Source: Mobula birostris (taxonomy: Eukaryota). Taken from it: a stretch of DNA of 64,000 bases. The DNA lies in assembly GCF_030028105.1 (NCBI RefSeq), contig NC_092378.1:99561731-99625730 (forward strand), in the 5' to 3' direction. The first letter of the stretch is position 1; each line of letters starts with the position of its first letter. Shown here in pieces: positions 61,025-64,000 of the stretch. The notes below the pieces were generated by a model. That model was not told the origin of the DNA and ran no database searches. It worked only from the letters and a program-made list of their open reading frames with translations. Both the position numbers and the translations under genes were made by a program.

Positions 61025-61848
61025 TATTTGAATTCATTTAAATCTTACATCCATCCCACAATGTGAGGGAGTAAAGATCTTTGCCACCAGTATTACTGCG
61101 GTCTTTAGTCTCTGTCTATATGCCAGGAGTAGAAGTACAGCCAGGTGATTGGACTTTCCAAAGTGCAGGCATGAGGTGGCACATTAAACGCTCTTCAAGG
61201 GGGTATAACAGTGAAGTGTGTTGGCTCCTCTGGTTCCACGGGTGATATGTTGCTGATATCAAGCTGGCTTGGATGAAATCCCCTGCAATGAGTTTGCGGC
61301 ACTGTTTGCCAGATGGAAGCAGCTGAAACAATTTATGGTGGGGGTGACTGGTGTCCCGGATGATCTTCCAGGGCTTCTTTATACGCTTGCTGCTGTAAAT
61401 GTCCTCAATGGAGGGAAGTTCGTGTCCACAGATATGCTGGGCTGTCCGTACCACTCTCTGTGATGCCCAGTGATCACGGTTGATGCAGTTCCCATACCAG
61501 GGACAGTGATACAGCCAGTCAGGATGCTCTCAATGGGGCACCTGTAGAAGGCCTTGAGGGTTTGGGGGCTCACATCAAACTTCTTCAGTCGCCTGAGGTG
61601 GAAGAGATGCTGTTGTGCTTTTTTTGCCACACCGCCTGTGTGTACAGTCCGGGTGAGATCAGTGGTGATGTGTATACAGCGGAACTTAAAACTACTCACC
61701 CTCTCAACTGCAGTTCCATTGATGATGATTGGGCAACCCTGTCTCTGTTCCTCCTGTAGTCCACAATCAGCTCTTGTTTTTTGGACATTGAGGGAGAGGT
61801 TGTTATCTTGGCAGCACTGTGTCAGGGTGTCAGCCTCTCCTCTGTAGG
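61025..61848 (-). mobile_element. Rex1/Babar LINE 3' fragment
   Basis: ORFs 61379-61882 (CQDNNLSLNVQKT...KKAQQHLFHLRRLKKF...FYRCPIESILTGCI) and 61116-61454. Confidence 0.85.
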
Positions 61849-62840
61849 TTATAGGACTACTTTGAGTTGGTAGACTGGACAATATTCAGGGATTCGTTTT
61901 TGAATCTGGATGAATACGCCACAGTTGTTACTGACTTCATCAAGACCTCTGTGGATGAGTGTGTGCCTTTGAGAACATACTGGACATACCCAAACCAAAA
62001 GCCATGGATGAACCAGGAGATTTGTTGTCTACTGAGGGCTAGATCTGTGGCATTCAAGACTGCTGATCCAAAACTATACAAGAAGTCCAGCTATGACCTA
62101 TGGAAGGCTATTTTAAGAGAATTAAAACAATTCCAATTGAGGTTAGAGATGGAATTGGATAAACATCAGCTCAGGGAGGGTATGCAGGCCATTACTTCCT
62201 ACAAGGCTAAATCTAACATCATACATGGCTGTGATGGCTTCACTCCCAGATGAGCTCAACACGTTTTATGTATGCTTTGAAAGGGATTATAAAACTACAC
62301 GTGTGAATCCCTGCAGCATCTGGTGACTCCATGATCTCTATCTCAAACCGACTCAGAATATCTTTTAAGAGGGTGAACCCTTGCGAGGGTCAGGGCCTTA
62401 ATGGTGTAACTGGCAGGGCTTTGAAATCCTGTGTTAACCAACTGGTGGGAGGGTTCAGTCTTTCTTTGCTGCAGTCAGAGTTTCTCACCTGCTTCAAAAG
62501 GGTGAATCATACCAGTGCTTAGGAGGAGCAAGGTGAGCAGCCTCAACAACAGTCACCTACTCACACCTACTGTGATGGTGCTTTGAGAGGTTGGTCATGG
62601 CCAGAGTGAATGCTCCAGTCCATATCAAGGGATCAGCAGTGGAAAGGGTGAGCAGTTTCAAGTTCCTAGGTGTCAATATTTCTGAAGATCTATCCTGGGC
62701 CCAACATATTGTTGCATTTACAGAGAAGGCATGGCAATGGGTGTATTTCATTTGGAGTTTTAGGAGACTTGAGGACGCTTGCAAATTTCTGCAGTTGTAC
62801 CATGGAGAGCATTCTAACTGGTTGCATCACCATCTGGAGG
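61849..62840 (+). mobile_element. Rex1/Babar LINE internal fragment (deleted)
   Basis: DWTIFRDSF...DEYATVVTDFIK...YPNQKPWMN, then VERVSSFKFLGVNISEDLSW. Confidence 0.8.
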
Positions 62841-63271
62841 ACTCTAACCATTCTTATACTGGCCTCATGGTGATTAACCTTTCAGTGTTAATCTGTTTGC
62901 TTATGGCATTTACAGGTTAAGTAAGGATCATGCTGCAACTAGTTATTCATCAAAAATCAGAAGATCTTTGGAATTTTCCAGTGGCTTATACAAGGAAAAT
63001 TTGCTGGTTCACAGAGCAGGTCCCATGGAATTCGGTTCACAGAATCCTATTCCAAGCAGTAGTGCTCCTACAGAGAGTGAAATTTGAGATTTCAGTGAGC
63101 AGAGAGTTCTCTGAGATACCATTGTCAGGTATTTACTTATTTTTTGTGATTGTTTAGTGAGTATTACAGATCTTTTCCCTCCTACTAGGGTAATAATGAA
63201 CTCAGAAAAATTACTTCAACTAATTTCTTTATTCACTTTTGGGATCTGCATATCACTAACAAAGTTCAAAG

Positions 63272-63512
63272 TACGGCATGGTAGCGTAGTGGTCAGCACA
63301 ACGCTTTACAGTACCAGCGACCCGGGTTCAATTCCCGCCACTACCTGTAAGGAGTTTGTACGATCTCTCCACATTGGTGTGGGTTTCCTCTGAAAGCTCT
63401 GTTTTCCTCCTACAGTCCAGAGACGCACTGGTTGGCAGGTTAATTGGCCATTGTAAATTCTCCCGTGATTAGGTTAATTGGTCATTGTAAATTGTCCCGT
63501 GATAAGGCCAAG
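63272..63512 (+). mobile_element. V-SINE-like tRNA-derived SINE
   Basis: A box tagcgtagtgg, B box ggttcaattcc, V-domain ggagtttgtacgatctctcc...gtgggtttcctc; internal ~32-bp duplication near 63438-63505. Confidence 0.8.
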
Positions 63513-63514
63513 AT

Positions 63515-64000
63515 TAATTGAATCGAATTGACTTTATTTTTTACATCCTTCACATCATGAGGAGTAAAAGTCTTTACGTTATGTCTCCATCTGAATGTGC
63601 AATGTGCCAGTTATAGTAATTTATAATAAATAGTATGTACAACAAGACAGTCAATATAGCATAGAAATACAATTGTATCAACGTGAATTAATTAGTCTGA
63701 TGGCCTGATGGAAGAAGCTGTCCCAGAGCCTGTTGATTCTGGCTTTAATGTTGCGGTACCATTTCCCGGATGGTAGCAGCTGGAACAGTTTGTGTTTGGG
63801 GTGACTTAGGTCCCAATGATCCTTTGGGCCCTTTTTATGCACCTGTCTCTGTAAGTGTCCTGAATAGTGGGAAGTTCGCAGAGAGCGCTGGGCTGTCCGC
63901 ACTGAGTTCTGCGACTGAGAGAGGTACAGTTCCCATACCAGGCAGTGATGCAGCCAGTCAGGATGCTCTCAATTGTGCCCCTGCAGAATGTCCTTAGGAT
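63515..64000 (-). mobile_element. Rex1/Babar LINE 3' fragment (runs off window)
   Basis: ORF 63678-63902 SHPKHKLFQLLPSGKWYR...SFFHQAIRLIN. Confidence 0.82.

Noticed and set aside
63272-63345. tRNA gene
   Set aside because: A and B boxes are present, but the sequence continues into a V-SINE body and lacks a convincing cloverleaf and terminator; the same applies to 18061-18130.

Overview
This is eukaryotic (vertebrate) genomic DNA. The repeat complement (CR1, Rex1/Babar, Penelope-like elements, V-SINE and Deu-type SINEs) suggests a cartilaginous fish, possibly a ray; that assignment is inference. The only host gene I can support is a three-exon SoxE transcription factor, sox8, on the + strand: CDS 10951-11372, 12820-13061 and 14363-15087, 462 aa. 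It sits in a ~10 kb TE-poor, CpG-retaining domain that contains a 140-nt N gap. The rest of the window is a dense, nested transposon landscape. The most interesting object is a non-autonomous Tf1/sushi-like LTR element (51037-53414, - strand). It has lost almost all coding sequence (177 bp internal) but keeps the signals for tRNA-independent self-priming: a PBS that is a perfect 10-nt complement of the predicted transcript 5' end, a U5/leader stem and a PPT. Other notable items are hammerhead-ribozyme motifs in Penelope termini (including back-to-back palindromic mini-elements, some inside sox8 intron 1), a 19x32-bp minisatellite born inside a SINE, a bipartite RTE-derived element, and a multi-element nested TE stack. 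All coordinates were read by eye; boundaries of degraded repeats are approximate.
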